In this document: in pieces, positions 20,600 through 32,325 of the stretch | Position numbering within the stretch: the first letter of the stretch is position 1 | Layout: each line of letters opens with the position of its first letter | Assembly: GCA_963796275.1 (NCBI GenBank) | Contig: CAWCKY010000001.1 | Location: 864,001-928,000 of the forward strand | Source: an uncultured Acidobacteriota bacterium | Lineage (GTDB): Bacteria > Acidobacteriota > Blastocatellia > RBC074 | Reading direction: 5' to 3' | Length of the DNA stretch: 64,000 nucleotides | Translations under genes and position numbers: made by a program | The notes under the pieces: model-generated | Database searches by the model: none | The model's input: the letters and a program-made list of their open reading frames with translations, nothing else | Told to the model about the DNA's origin: nothing

Positions 20600-23278
20600 A
20601 TGAAGATGATTCAAACAGCTCAGAATCGGCATTTATCAATGCAGATCCTTGTCATACTATTACTTATCATCCTGCAACCGGGGAGACAGATGGTAGCTAA
20701 TGGCGAGATAAAAGACGATGACCTTCTGGCTGAAGGCGTATCGCGCGGCTTGGCCTTACATCGCTTGGCGCAAATCCAGGATTTGCGCTACCAATTGAGT
20801 TTCGAGATCGTTCCAGGCGCCTCGCGCATCAAGGGCAGTGAAGAGATAAGATTGAAAATCGCCAAGGCCTCGGTTCCCGTTATCCTCGATTTCCGCGACA
20901 TCGATCCAACCGGAAAAGTCATAGAAGGCGCGATCAACGGTCTGAAGATCAACGATCGCGACGTTGACGATCATCGCCAAGTAAACGGTCATATCGTCCT
21001 GCCTGCGCAATATTTCAAACGAGGAGAGAATCGCATCTCGCTCAAATTCGAAACCGGCGTGGCTCCGGCCGGTCGACCTATCATTCGCTATTCCGATCAG
21101 GAAGACGGCAGTGAATACCTCTACACTTTGTTTGTGCCGATGGACGCAAGCCTCGCGTTCCCGTGTTTCGATCAGCCCGACTTGAAGGGACGCTTTTCGC
21201 TCGACCTGCTCGCCCCCGAAGGCTGGACCGTCGTTTCCAACGCCAAACCCGAGAGCGCCATCGCTCAGAATTATCCCGGACAAAATCAGACGCGGTTCAA
21301 AGAGACGGAGCCGATCAGCACTTATCTTTTTTCTTTCGCCGCCGGACCGTTCAAAGAGATCGTGGGGAAAGGCGCTCCTGTTCCGCTGCGGCTCTTGGTG
21401 AGGCAATCGAAACTTAAACGAGCTCAGGAAGAATGGCCCGAAGTGATGCAGTTAACTCGAGACGGAATGAAACACCTCATCGATTTTTTCGGATATCGAT
21501 TTCCCTTCGTAAAATACGACCAGGTGCTCATCCCGGGCTTCGCCTATGGCGGGATGGAACACGCGGGATCGACGTTCCTGCGTGAAGATTCGATCCTCTT
21601 TCGCACAACGCCCAACCGGAGCGACAGACTTGCGCGCGCGTCTCTGGTCCTTCACGAACTGGCGCATCAATGGTTCGGTGATCTTGTCACGATGCGCTGG
21701 TTTGACGATTTGTGGCTTAAGGAAGGATTCGCGAACTATATGGCCTCGCACGCGATGGCCGCGATCTACGACAGCGAGGAAATCTGGAAGCGATTCTATC
21801 AAACGCACAAACCGCTTGCCTATGGCATCGACGCGACGAAAGGGACGACGCCGATATACCAGGATGTAAGCAACCTGAAAGATGCCAAGTCGGCTTACGG
21901 AGCGATCGTTTATCAGAAGGCCCCGAGCCTTCTGCGCGCCCTTTCTTTTCTGATCGGAGAAGAGAAATTCCGCGATGGAGTGAGACTCTTCCTGAAAGAA
22001 CACTATTACGCCAACGCCGAGTGGAGCGATCTGATCGGCTCTTTCGAGAGAACGTCGAACCGGAAACTGAAGGCATGGGCGGATGCCTGGGTTAAGCAGC
22101 GCGGGATGCCGCAGGTCGATGTCGATTGGAACTGCAATCCCGCGGGTAGAATCGATAAGTTGAAACTGAAGCAGAGAGATGTATTGGATGAAGGCGGATT
22201 ATGGCCGATCAAAACTCGCTTGCTTTTAGCTTACGACGATGCGCCGTCCGAGAGGATTACCGTCCAGCTGGAAGGCGCTCAAGGAGATATCCGCGAAGCC
22301 GCCGGCAGGAAGTGCCCGGCCTATATTTTCGCGAATGACGGCGATTTCGGCTACGGGCGCTTTATGCTGGATGAACGGAGCCGCAAAGCGCTTCCCATGC
22401 GCATAGGTAAAGTCAAAGACGCATTTCATCGAACGATGCTTTGGGGAACATTATGGGACGCGGTGCGCGAAGCCGAGATGAGCCCCGCGGCTTATCTCTC
22501 GCTGGCGCTCAACTCGCTTACCGCTGAAACGGACGAACAACTGACCGAGAGTCTCCTCGAACGCGTCGCTCGCGTATTTCAACGATACCTCTCGGACGAC
22601 CAGAAAGCGTTGTTCGCCGAAAAGATAGAGTCACTGTGTTATGACCGGATGATGAATGCGCGAGGGCTGTCGATCACCTATTTCCGCGCGTACCGCACAC
22701 TTGCTACGACATCAACGGGGCGCGAGCGGCTGAAGCAGATACTGGCAGGCAAGCTGGCGATTCCCGGAGTAGAGATAAAACAGCACGACCGGTGGCGGAT
22801 CGTGACGACGTTGCTCGCACTCGGAGATGCCGAATCCGAACTTCTCCTCGAATCCGAGCGCGTTCGCGATATAGGCGATGACAGCCGTAAGCAGGCTTAC
22901 GTTGTTGAGGGCGCGCGCGGCGATGCTCCGACCAAACTGCGATATTTCGATGATTATGCGAAGAATCGGGCCATCCCTGAAGATTGGATCGAAGGAAGCC
23001 TGGGTCCATTCAATTCTTTCAATCAATCGCAACTTACCCTGCCTTACCTCAGGCCCGCGCTGGAGGCTCTTCCGCGGATCAAACGCGAACGTAAAATTTT
23101 CTTCGTGCTCGCCTGGTTGAATGCATTTATCGGAGGTCAACAGAGCGGGGAGGCATTGAATGTGGTGCGCGAATTTAAGAGGACGAATAAGATAGACCGC
23201 GATCTTGAGCTGAAAGTATTGGAGGTGATGGATGAACTGGAGCGGACGGTGCGGATTAGAAATAAGTTTAGCGAGTAG
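20600..23278 (+). CDS. pepN: M1 family aminopeptidase N
   Basis: FPCFDQPDLK, GGMEH, HELAHQWFGDLVT...LWLKEGFA and AYGAIVYQK motifs; ERAP1-like C-terminus. Confidence 0.92.
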   Translation: MKMIQTAQNRHLSMQILVILLLIILQPGRQMVANGEIKDDDLLAEGVSRGLALHRLAQIQDLRYQLSFEIVPGASRIKGSEEIRLKIAKASVPVILDFRDIDPTGKVIEGAINGLKINDRDVDDHRQVNGHIVLPAQYFKRGENRISLKFETGVAPAGRPIIRYSDQEDGSEYLYTLFVPMDASLAFPCFDQPDLKGRFSLDLLAPEGWTVVSNAKPESAIAQNYPGQNQTRFKETEPISTYLFSFAAGPFKEIVGKGAPVPLRLLVRQSKLKRAQEEWPEVMQLTRDGMKHLIDFFGYRFPFVKYDQVLIPGFAYGGMEHAGSTFLREDSILFRTTPNRSDRLARASLVLHELAHQWFGDLVTMRWFDDLWLKEGFANYMASHAMAAIYDSEEIWKRFYQTHKPLAYGIDATKGTTPIYQDVSNLKDAKSAYGAIVYQKAPSLLRALSFLIGEEKFRDGVRLFLKEHYYANAEWSDLIGSFERTSNRKLKAWADAWVKQRGMPQVDVDWNCNPAGRIDKLKLKQRDVLDEGGLWPIKTRLLLAYDDAPSERITVQLEGAQGDIREAAGRKCPAYIFANDGDFGYGRFMLDERSRKALPMRIGKVKDAFHRTMLWGTLWDAVREAEMSPAAYLSLALNSLTAETDEQLTESLLERVARVFQRYLSDDQKALFAEKIESLCYDRMMNARGLSITYFRAYRTLATTSTGRERLKQILAGKLAIPGVEIKQHDRWRIVTTLLALGDAESELLLESERVRDIGDDSRKQAYVVEGARGDAPTKLRYFDDYAKNRAIPEDWIEGSLGPFNSFNQSQLTLPYLRPALEALPRIKRERKIFFVLAWLNAFIGGQQSGEALNVVREFKRTNKIDRDLELKVLEVMDELERTVRIRNKFSE

Positions 23279-23279
23279 C

Positions 23280-23501
23280 CCCTGGCATTTATCATTTTAA
23301 AATTGTCATTTTAGATTTGTCATTTCGTTGCCCGTTAGGCGAGTGAGTGACAAATGTAAGATGTAAAATGACAGCGGATGGTGCGTATCCCTGGCATTTA
23401 TCATTTTACAATTATCATTTTAGATTTGTGATCTCTTTCCCCGTTAGGCGAGTGAGTGACAAATGTAAGATGTAAAATGACAAATGAACAATGATAAATG
23501 C
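23280..23501. repeat. Tandem pair (109 bp period) of heptamer-periodic hairpin units filling the gap between convergent genes
   Basis: ccctggcatttatcatttta...cccgttaggcgagtgagtgacaaatgtaagatgtaaaatgaca occurs at 23280 and again at 23389. Confidence 0.9.
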
Positions 23502-26219
23502 TCAGCCCCACTCGGCGAGCTGTTTCCGCACCAATTCGGCAGAAGGGTCTTCGGCGGCCTCGAACAATTCCAGAGCCGTCCGGGCTTGAGCGACGGCTTG
23601 TCTGCGGTCGCCGTATTTGTCGAGCGCAAGCGCGAGCTGATAGAGCGATTTTGATTGCCCGCGAATGTCCCCTATCTCGGTGGTGATGCCGAAGGCCTGC
23701 TGCAGCAGTTCGATCGCGCGTTTGGCATTCCCCCTCACGATATAGGCTTCACCCAGACTCAGCTGAGCCAGGCTTTTTCCGCGCCGGTCGCCGGTTTCTG
23801 TCGCCAGGTTCAGTTGCTGTTCGAAGTACTGGAGCGCAACGTCAACGTTTCCCCTGAGATAATAGTGAATACCGAGCCCACCCAGGGCATTCGTCTCGTT
23901 GTGCCGGTCGCCGATCTCGCGCGCCACCGCCAATGCCTGTTCGTGGAATGCGACCGCCTGCTTATTATTGTTCAGGCTTGCATATGCGCTGCCCATTTGA
24001 CAAAGCGCGCTCAGCTCCCCGCGCCGGTCGCCTATATCGCGCGAAATTGTCAGCTGAAGATTGAGCAGGGAAATCGCTCCTCCCGCATTGCCGAGAGCGT
24101 TGTGGACCATTCCGAGACCGCCCAACGCGACGCTTTCATTCCGGCGGTCGCCCGTTTCACGCGCGATGATCAGTTGCTGATCGAAGAGCGCCGTCGCCTT
24201 CTCCGGCTCGCCTTTAGCATAGTGTGTCAACGCAAGATTGCCGAGAGCGATCGCCTCGGCCCGCTGGTCCTTGATGCTCCGCCCGATTTCGAGAGCGGAG
24301 AGGTGGAATTCACGGGCCTGGGTGAATCGGCCGCTCAGGTAGTTGGCCATTCCGAGTCCGCTCAATGCATCCGCTTCGCCGCGATGGTCAGCGATATCGC
24401 GAGCCAGATCGAGCGCCTGGTCATAACAATCGATGGCATTGCTCGCTTCACTCAGATCGATAAATGAATCGCCGAGCGCGATCAGATGCCTCCCCATAGC
24501 CTTACGCCGCTGCAATGTTTTCGCAGCATTCAGCGCTGCCTCGCTCCAGCGAATACGCTCGCGCGGATGTTGCCGCAGACCTCGGACATATCTCCCCGCG
24601 ACCGGGTAGGTGGATGACAGCTCGCAGGCAGCCCGGTTCTGGTCGGCATTTGCAACTGCCCAAGACTGCCCGGCCTGGATGTTCTGCCACTCCAAATCGA
24701 GCAGCATCAGCCCCTGCTTTAGGGCCTGACCGCCCTGTTCGTAAAGCGCTTCGGCCTCGTGCAGCACGCTCTGGTAATGAGCTGCGTGCAGGTATGTGGC
24801 GACCCCTCGCTCCTCAACGGTCAGATTTTGGCCGGTGAATTGAAGCATCATATCGTGCAGACGGAACCGCCCGGTCGTCCGGTTACGATCGACCAGACTA
24901 TAAAACATCAGGTAATCGAGCGCATCTGCCGCGCGCCCCGGATTGATCCTCCATATAGATGCGGCGGCATTGATATCGAATGAGTCGGGAAAGATCGACA
25001 GCAAACGCCAGAGCCTTTGCAATCCGGCATCGAGCATCTGATAAGTCGCTTGCAGGACCGTATCGATCGGTCCGGCCGGGTTTTCGCTATCCTCCAGTAT
25101 CTCCAACCTCCGGATATAATTATCGAAACTCATCTCCGGATGCAGCGTTAATGTGTTGGCTGCGACTCGCAATGCCAGCGGCAACCGTCCGCAGAGTTCC
25201 GCTATCCGCTCGCCGTATTCGCCGACGCGAGGAACGATGCGATTGAGCAATTCCCGCGCTTCTGCACCCGGCAGTCCGTTCAACTGGTTGCTAAACATCG
25301 ACGGTAGTTCGATCTTCTGGCGCGATGTGACGATCGACAGACAACCGGCCGGCGGCAGGAGCGGCGCGACTTGATCGGCGTCAGCGGCGTTGTCGAAGAG
25401 CAGAATAGCCCATTTCCCCTCGAACACTCGCTGGTACATATGCCCGAGCTCGCGCTCGTCCTCGGGCATCCTCGCCATCGGCATAAACGCTCGTATGATC
25501 TGAGAGAGAGCTTCGGACACCCGTAGCGGTTGATCGCTCGCCCCCTTTAAATCGATGTAAATTTGAGCGTCGGGATAGTGCTCCGCGAGCTGGTGCGCGA
25601 GTTTTACGGCCAGCGTCGTTTTGCCGACTCCGCCAGCACCTCGTATTCCCAGAATTTTGTTGCTGTGGTTTCGCTGCGCGGCGGCCAACTCCTCCAATTC
25701 GACGACGCGACCGGTGAATTCCGGCAAAGGCGGCGGGAGTTGCGAAACAGGCGGTTTAGCTGCAGCCGGATTCGCAAATATGTCTTCCGAAATGTGCGGC
25801 TCGTCCGCTGGTAGCCCGTTGTGATTTTCGTTCGATGCACCGTTTGTGATTGGCCCGTCGATCGCGGGCGCGACCTTGCGCTGCTCTTCGACAGTCTCAT
25901 CGACCTCGGCTGGCTGATCCGCGATCGCATCACTCCTGGCTTTGCGCTCCTGCAAGAAGTCTTTCCAACCCTCATCCGCGAACCATATCTTGGGCTGCTG
26001 GCGAATCTTCAATAATTCGCGTCTTCTTTCATAAAGCCAGATTGTCGCAATCGACATTATCACGACGAACATAAGTACTGATGCCAGCTTTACAACAGTA
26101 TGTGCGATCTCGATATCCACTCCCGGTAATCCGATGACAGGCAATAGCCATCTGGCCACGATCAACAACCCTAAGCTCGTAGCAATGGTAACCAGAATTG
26201 AATCGATCAACCTTCTCAT
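23502..26219 (-). CDS. STAND NTPase: two N-terminal TM helices, NB-ARC domain, TPR array
   Basis: FTGR, Walker A GAGGVGKT, Walker B ILLFDNA, IVTSR, CGRLPLAL and RFRLHD; 40-aa repeats of the type DRRGE..AL..LG. Confidence 0.9.
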   Translation of the reverse strand: MRRLIDSILVTIATSLGLLIVARWLLPVIGLPGVDIEIAHTVVKLASVLMFVVIMSIATIWLYERRRELLKIRQQPKIWFADEGWKDFLQERKARSDAIADQPAEVDETVEEQRKVAPAIDGPITNGASNENHNGLPADEPHISEDIFANPAAAKPPVSQLPPPLPEFTGRVVELEELAAAQRNHSNKILGIRGAGGVGKTTLAVKLAHQLAEHYPDAQIYIDLKGASDQPLRVSEALSQIIRAFMPMARMPEDERELGHMYQRVFEGKWAILLFDNAADADQVAPLLPPAGCLSIVTSRQKIELPSMFSNQLNGLPGAEARELLNRIVPRVGEYGERIAELCGRLPLALRVAANTLTLHPEMSFDNYIRRLEILEDSENPAGPIDTVLQATYQMLDAGLQRLWRLLSIFPDSFDINAAASIWRINPGRAADALDYLMFYSLVDRNRTTGRFRLHDMMLQFTGQNLTVEERGVATYLHAAHYQSVLHEAEALYEQGGQALKQGLMLLDLEWQNIQAGQSWAVANADQNRAACELSSTYPVAGRYVRGLRQHPRERIRWSEAALNAAKTLQRRKAMGRHLIALGDSFIDLSEASNAIDCYDQALDLARDIADHRGEADALSGLGMANYLSGRFTQAREFHLSALEIGRSIKDQRAEAIALGNLALTHYAKGEPEKATALFDQQLIIARETGDRRNESVALGGLGMVHNALGNAGGAISLLNLQLTISRDIGDRRGELSALCQMGSAYASLNNNKQAVAFHEQALAVAREIGDRHNETNALGGLGIHYYLRGNVDVALQYFEQQLNLATETGDRRGKSLAQLSLGEAYIVRGNAKRAIELLQQAFGITTEIGDIRGQSKSLYQLALALDKYGDRRQAVAQARTALELFEAAEDPSAELVRKQLAEWG

Positions 26220-26586
26220 ATTCGCTGACCCTTTGGCTGGTCGTCAGCATAGCGAGACCTGTCGCAGGGGCATCGTCGCCACAATGAAAGTTAAATTTCT
26301 ACGAATGTACTCGAGACACTAACTGAACGTTCGAGGACAATGACCATTTTTGGAATAACGTACGGGAGCGAGGTCGACCCCAATGTTAAGACTTTTACGA
26401 TCTTGAATCAAGGACTATTGATTGGGGAACGCGGGATACCGTTTGGGCGATTTGCGCTTGATCGGGGGTTCTTATGCTAAGGCCAATAGAATCAATGATT
26501 TTTTACGCTGTCGCTAGAGTAATACACAGAGTTAAGGCAGGGCGGAGTGGGAGTCGTGCGATGGCAACTGCGCAATCAGCCCGTCG

Positions 26587-27762
26587 CTACTCTTTCTTCG
26601 CACTCTTTGGCGATTTCGACCCGCCCGTATCTTTGGCGGACTTTGCGCTTTTGCCGCCGGACTTTTCGCCCGACGTTTTGCGCGGGCGTCTGGGTTTGAT
26701 CGGTTCTGTGATCGAATCGATAACCTCCGAGAGGACATTGGAAGCTTTTTGAGCCATCTCGCCGACGCCGGCGACGATGTCCTGCGCGAGTTCGCCTGCT
26801 GATGACGGCAGGCCGTGCGTATGTTCCTGGTTGAGCCATTTGTTCCACCGGTGATAGCGCTGGGTCGGCATCGCATTCTTCGCGTAATCGACGAGCATTC
26901 CCGCGACCATCCCGGTAAGCCAATTGAAATTTTGTTCCGTGATCGACCAGAGATCGGCATCCGGCGCCGGATTTGTCACGTCAATCGCGTACGCAACGCC
27001 ATCTTTGATTGCGAAATCGACAGCGTTGAGATCGTAGCCGAGAGCCTCGTTTATGAGGAGGGTATCGCGCACGATCCGGTCCTCTATGAAAGACCCGAGC
27101 GGATGTTCCGATCTCAACAGGTAGCGGCGGTTTGCTGGGTCGTAAGGCATCACGAGGACGTGTTTTCTGGCAACGCAGTAGCAGCGCACGTACTGGTCGA
27201 AGTCGATGTACTGTTGTAGGACCATCGCGAGCGCTCCCGTATTGTCATAAGATGACCAGAGGTCATCCAGGGAATTGATATGGTAGACGTCGTTCCATCC
27301 TCCGCCATCGCGCGGTTTCAGAATGGCGGGCAGCCCAACGTATTCGATGATCCCTTCCCAGTGCAGAGGAAATTCCAGGTTGCGCAGCGAAGATTCAGTA
27401 ATGCCGGGTTTATAACTTTTCTGAGGTAGAAGGACGGTCCTCGGCACGGTCAGTCCCAGTTTGGCCGCCAGTGAATATCCGAAGAACTTATCGTCGGCCG
27501 AAGACCAGAATGGATTGTTGACGACAATGCAGCCGTTTAGGACGGCATTCTTGAGATATGAACGGTAAAATGGTATTTCGTGGGAGACGCGGTCGAAGAT
27601 CAATCGATATCCGTCGGACCCAACCATTTTGATGCCGCCTATCCTGACATACTCCGCCGTAACTCCTTCATTCATTCCGTTGATCTTCTCGATCAAGGCC
27701 GGTGGAAAAGTGTTTTCCGCTCCGGTGAGCATTCCTATTTTCATCTTCGACTCCATTCTCAA
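26587..27762 (-). CDS. ATP-grasp (RimK/glutathione-synthetase-like) protein with basic C-terminal tail
   Basis: VNNPFWSSADDKFF, PAILKPRDGGGW, LQQYI and YAIDVTNPAPD motifs. Confidence 0.8.
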   Translation of the reverse strand: MRMESKMKIGMLTGAENTFPPALIEKINGMNEGVTAEYVRIGGIKMVGSDGYRLIFDRVSHEIPFYRSYLKNAVLNGCIVVNNPFWSSADDKFFGYSLAAKLGLTVPRTVLLPQKSYKPGITESSLRNLEFPLHWEGIIEYVGLPAILKPRDGGGWNDVYHINSLDDLWSSYDNTGALAMVLQQYIDFDQYVRCYCVARKHVLVMPYDPANRRYLLRSEHPLGSFIEDRIVRDTLLINEALGYDLNAVDFAIKDGVAYAIDVTNPAPDADLWSITEQNFNWLTGMVAGMLVDYAKNAMPTQRYHRWNKWLNQEHTHGLPSSAGELAQDIVAGVGEMAQKASNVLSEVIDSITEPIKPRRPRKTSGEKSGGKSAKSAKDTGGSKSPKSAKKE

Positions 27763-27849
27763 CCAGTCCGATAGGACTGGCGATAGACGGGTGGACTGGG
27801 TTATGATTTCCTCTGATTAAACAATGGAGTTTAGTTTTAGCTCTGGAAG

Positions 27850-28695
27850 GTGTCAACTCAAATGGTTCTGAAGAAGTATCCCTCTAGTAAGCACCGTATT
27901 TTCTTGATGGCGAATATTATCCTTTTCTCTCTGGTGGTCTTCGGCATCGTCGGTGGTACGGTCACAGCCCAGAAAACTCCCAAGCCGGAAGATATTGTCG
28001 AAAAAGCGATTTTGGCGCATGGCAGTCGGGCCGCGATCTATGCGATTCAACGCACGGGCAGGGTGGGCGCTCTCGTCAAATTCCATACGCCCGAAGGCAC
28101 GCGCGAAGGCAAGTCGGTTCTTAAGTTCCTACGCAAGCAGAAACTTAAGGAAGACCTGATGATGATCGAACTGAATATGCCCGAAACTAAATATATGATC
28201 GGCTTCGACGGAACTCAGACATGGAGCATTTACAACGGGGAAGCACAAAAACCCGGACCGGATGAAGTAAACGCCTTTCATTCCGCGCACGAACATAGCT
28301 ACGAGGCTATCCTCAGGTATAGGGAGAGCGATTCCAAACTGGAGTATGTCGGAAATAAAAATCTCGGGACTTTGATTGTGGATATTATCGATCTGGTTTC
28401 TCCCGAAGGCGTCCGCACGCGCTATGAGATAAGCCGGCGCACCTTTCATATTCTCTATCTTGATTACTCTGATCAACCGGATCCTAATACCGAACCGGTA
28501 AATTATCGACTCAACTTCCGAGATTTTAGGAATGTTCAGAACACGCGTATCCCCTATGAGACGCTCGTTTTTAAGAATGGGAAACTGGTGGAAGAACGAA
28601 GGATAGTAGAAGCCGTCTACAATGTTAAGCTTGATGAAACTGCCTTCAAACAGGAGAACGCAAATAAGCCCATCGAATCTGTGCCCGGGATGTAG
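27850..28695 (+). CDS. Exported protein, LolA-like/outer-membrane sorting fold
   Basis: Signal peptide; IVEKAILAHG, GFDGTQTW, DFRNVQ..RIP and NVKLDETAF patterns. Confidence 0.6.
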   Translation: MSTQMVLKKYPSSKHRIFLMANIILFSLVVFGIVGGTVTAQKTPKPEDIVEKAILAHGSRAAIYAIQRTGRVGALVKFHTPEGTREGKSVLKFLRKQKLKEDLMMIELNMPETKYMIGFDGTQTWSIYNGEAQKPGPDEVNAFHSAHEHSYEAILRYRESDSKLEYVGNKNLGTLIVDIIDLVSPEGVRTRYEISRRTFHILYLDYSDQPDPNTEPVNYRLNFRDFRNVQNTRIPYETLVFKNGKLVEERRIVEAVYNVKLDETAFKQENANKPIESVPGM

Positions 28696-28833
28696 CAGAT
28701 TGCCCCACTTTTGACAGCTTTCTCAGCATGGGTGTAGCATGGCTGGTCAGTGAGCTTTCGGATAAAGCATTGCTCAGTTTCAATCTGAAATTAAGGTGTG
28801 CTCTGCGAGTATTCGTATTCGCCCGGTTGAAAT

Positions 28834-30682
<1,849 letters not shown>

Positions 30683-30794
30683 GGAGAGTAGCAGGCAGTA
30701 CGCAGTAGGCTGCAGACGGCAGGCGGTTCGTTTAATTCGAAATCTCAGTTAAACGGACGGTCGGTCGGCTGTTGTCTGCTGCCTATTAATTTTT

Positions 30795-32222
30795 ATGGCT
30801 GAAGAACCGAAACAATCAGTCCTCGTGGTCGATGATCACGAATCAGTGCGGAAGCAGCTCTACTGGGCGCTCGAGGAGCGGTATAAAGTGCTGGAGGCAT
30901 CATCGCGCGTCCAGGCTTTGGCATTGATCAATCAGGAAGAGGTAGTGGTGGTGCTCTCCGATCTGCGGCTGCCTCCGGCCGAGCACGACATCACTGAAGG
31001 TCTGGCCATTCTCGAATCGGTCCGGAAGATAAATCCGATCCTTCCGGTCATCGTGATCACCGGCGACGAAGATCGCGAGACGGCGCTCAAAGTAGTTCAG
31101 CGCGGCGCCTATGACCTCTTTTACAAGCCATTCAATATCGAAGAGGTCGAGATCATCGTCCGCCGTGCAGTGCAGCATTACCGCCTGGAAAAGGACAACC
31201 TTCTGCTGCGCAATGAATTGAGGCGTACCGTAGGATGGCAGGAAGGGATAGTCGGGTCGAGCCCGACGCTGCGACGCGTCATCGATCAGGCGCGCGCGGT
31301 AGCCGAGACCACCGCGACCGTGCTGATAACCGGCGAATCCGGTACCGGCAAAGAGATGCTTGCGCGGTTCATTCACAAGATCAGTTCGCGCGCCCGCGCC
31401 CCTTTCATCGCGTGCAATGTCGCCGCGCTTCCCGAAACTCTCGTCGAATCGGAATTGTTCGGTCATGAGAAGGGCGCGTTCACCGGCGCTGCCACGAGAA
31501 GGGAAGGGAAATTCGAAGTCGCCGATACGGGGACGCTCTTTTTGGACGAGATCGGCGAACTCTCGCCGGCGGTCCAGGTCAAGCTCCTGCGTGTTTTACA
31601 GGAGCGGCAATTCGAGCGTCTGGGCGGCAAACAGCCGCTCACCGTTGACATCCGCATTATCGCCGCGACCAACCGCAATCTCGAAGAGATGGTGGAGGCG
31701 GGTCAGTTTCGCGCCGATCTGTATTACCGGCTCAACGTCATCAACCTGGAGCTGCCCCCGTTGCGCGATCGTCCCGATGACATCCCCATACTCGCCACGC
31801 ATTTTGCCGCTAAAGCTTCGGCGAAGCACGGAAAGCCCTCGCCGACCTTCACTCCGGTATTTCTCAACCGCCTCTCGGCCTATCGTTGGCCGGGCAATAT
31901 ACGCGAACTCGAGAATGTCATCGAGCGCGCAGTCGTGATCAGCGGCGCCTCGGTGCTCGATGACACATTGTTGCCGGATAAAGTGGTGGCCCACGCGGCT
32001 CAAAATACTCCCCAGCTACTGGGAACCCCTCAGCTCGACCTGGCCAATGAGATACCGCCACCGGACCTCTCCTTTGAGACTGCTATTACGAACTTCAAAC
32101 GACAACTGGTACGGCAGGCCCTGCGCGAATGTAATGGCTCAAGATCGGAAGCTGCGCACCGGCTCAAGATCAGCCGCCAGTACCTTCACCGTCTGATCAA
32201 TGAGTTGAATGTGATAGGATGA
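30795..32222 (+). CDS. Sigma-54-dependent response regulator (NtrC family, PrsR-like)
   Basis: Receiver motifs VVDD and SDLRLPP; GESGTGKE, ESELFGHEKGAFTGA and WPGNIREL; C-terminal Fis-type HTH. Confidence 0.93.
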   Translation: MAEEPKQSVLVVDDHESVRKQLYWALEERYKVLEASSRVQALALINQEEVVVVLSDLRLPPAEHDITEGLAILESVRKINPILPVIVITGDEDRETALKVVQRGAYDLFYKPFNIEEVEIIVRRAVQHYRLEKDNLLLRNELRRTVGWQEGIVGSSPTLRRVIDQARAVAETTATVLITGESGTGKEMLARFIHKISSRARAPFIACNVAALPETLVESELFGHEKGAFTGAATRREGKFEVADTGTLFLDEIGELSPAVQVKLLRVLQERQFERLGGKQPLTVDIRIIAATNRNLEEMVEAGQFRADLYYRLNVINLELPPLRDRPDDIPILATHFAAKASAKHGKPSPTFTPVFLNRLSAYRWPGNIRELENVIERAVVISGASVLDDTLLPDKVVAHAAQNTPQLLGTPQLDLANEIPPPDLSFETAITNFKRQLVRQALRECNGSRSEAAHRLKISRQYLHRLINELNVIG

Positions 32223-32226
32223 AAAA

Positions 32227-32307
32227 AGTGTTCAGTTTTTCAGTATCGGTTTTCAGTTGGATGGTATCGATCAGCAACTGAAAACTAAAAACTGAAAACT
32301 GAAAACT
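32227..32307. repeat. Heptamer-periodic inverted repeat (AAAACTG family)
   Basis: ttcagtttttcagtatcggttttcagttg ... caactgaaaactaaaaactgaaaactgaaaact. Confidence 0.85.
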
Positions 32308-32325
32308 AATTTCAGAGGAGCTCAT

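Noticed and set aside
23280-23501. Possible CRISPR array or integron attC sites (GTTAGGC occurs twice)
   Set aside because: There are only two long units, no unique spacers and no cas genes. No complementary GCCTAAC box or integron integrase is present.
32262-32276. Possible sigma-54 promoter (tggtatcgatcagc) before the pyrimidine operon
   Set aside because: The GG-to-GC spacing is 9 nt rather than the required 10, and the site lies in a repeat loop.
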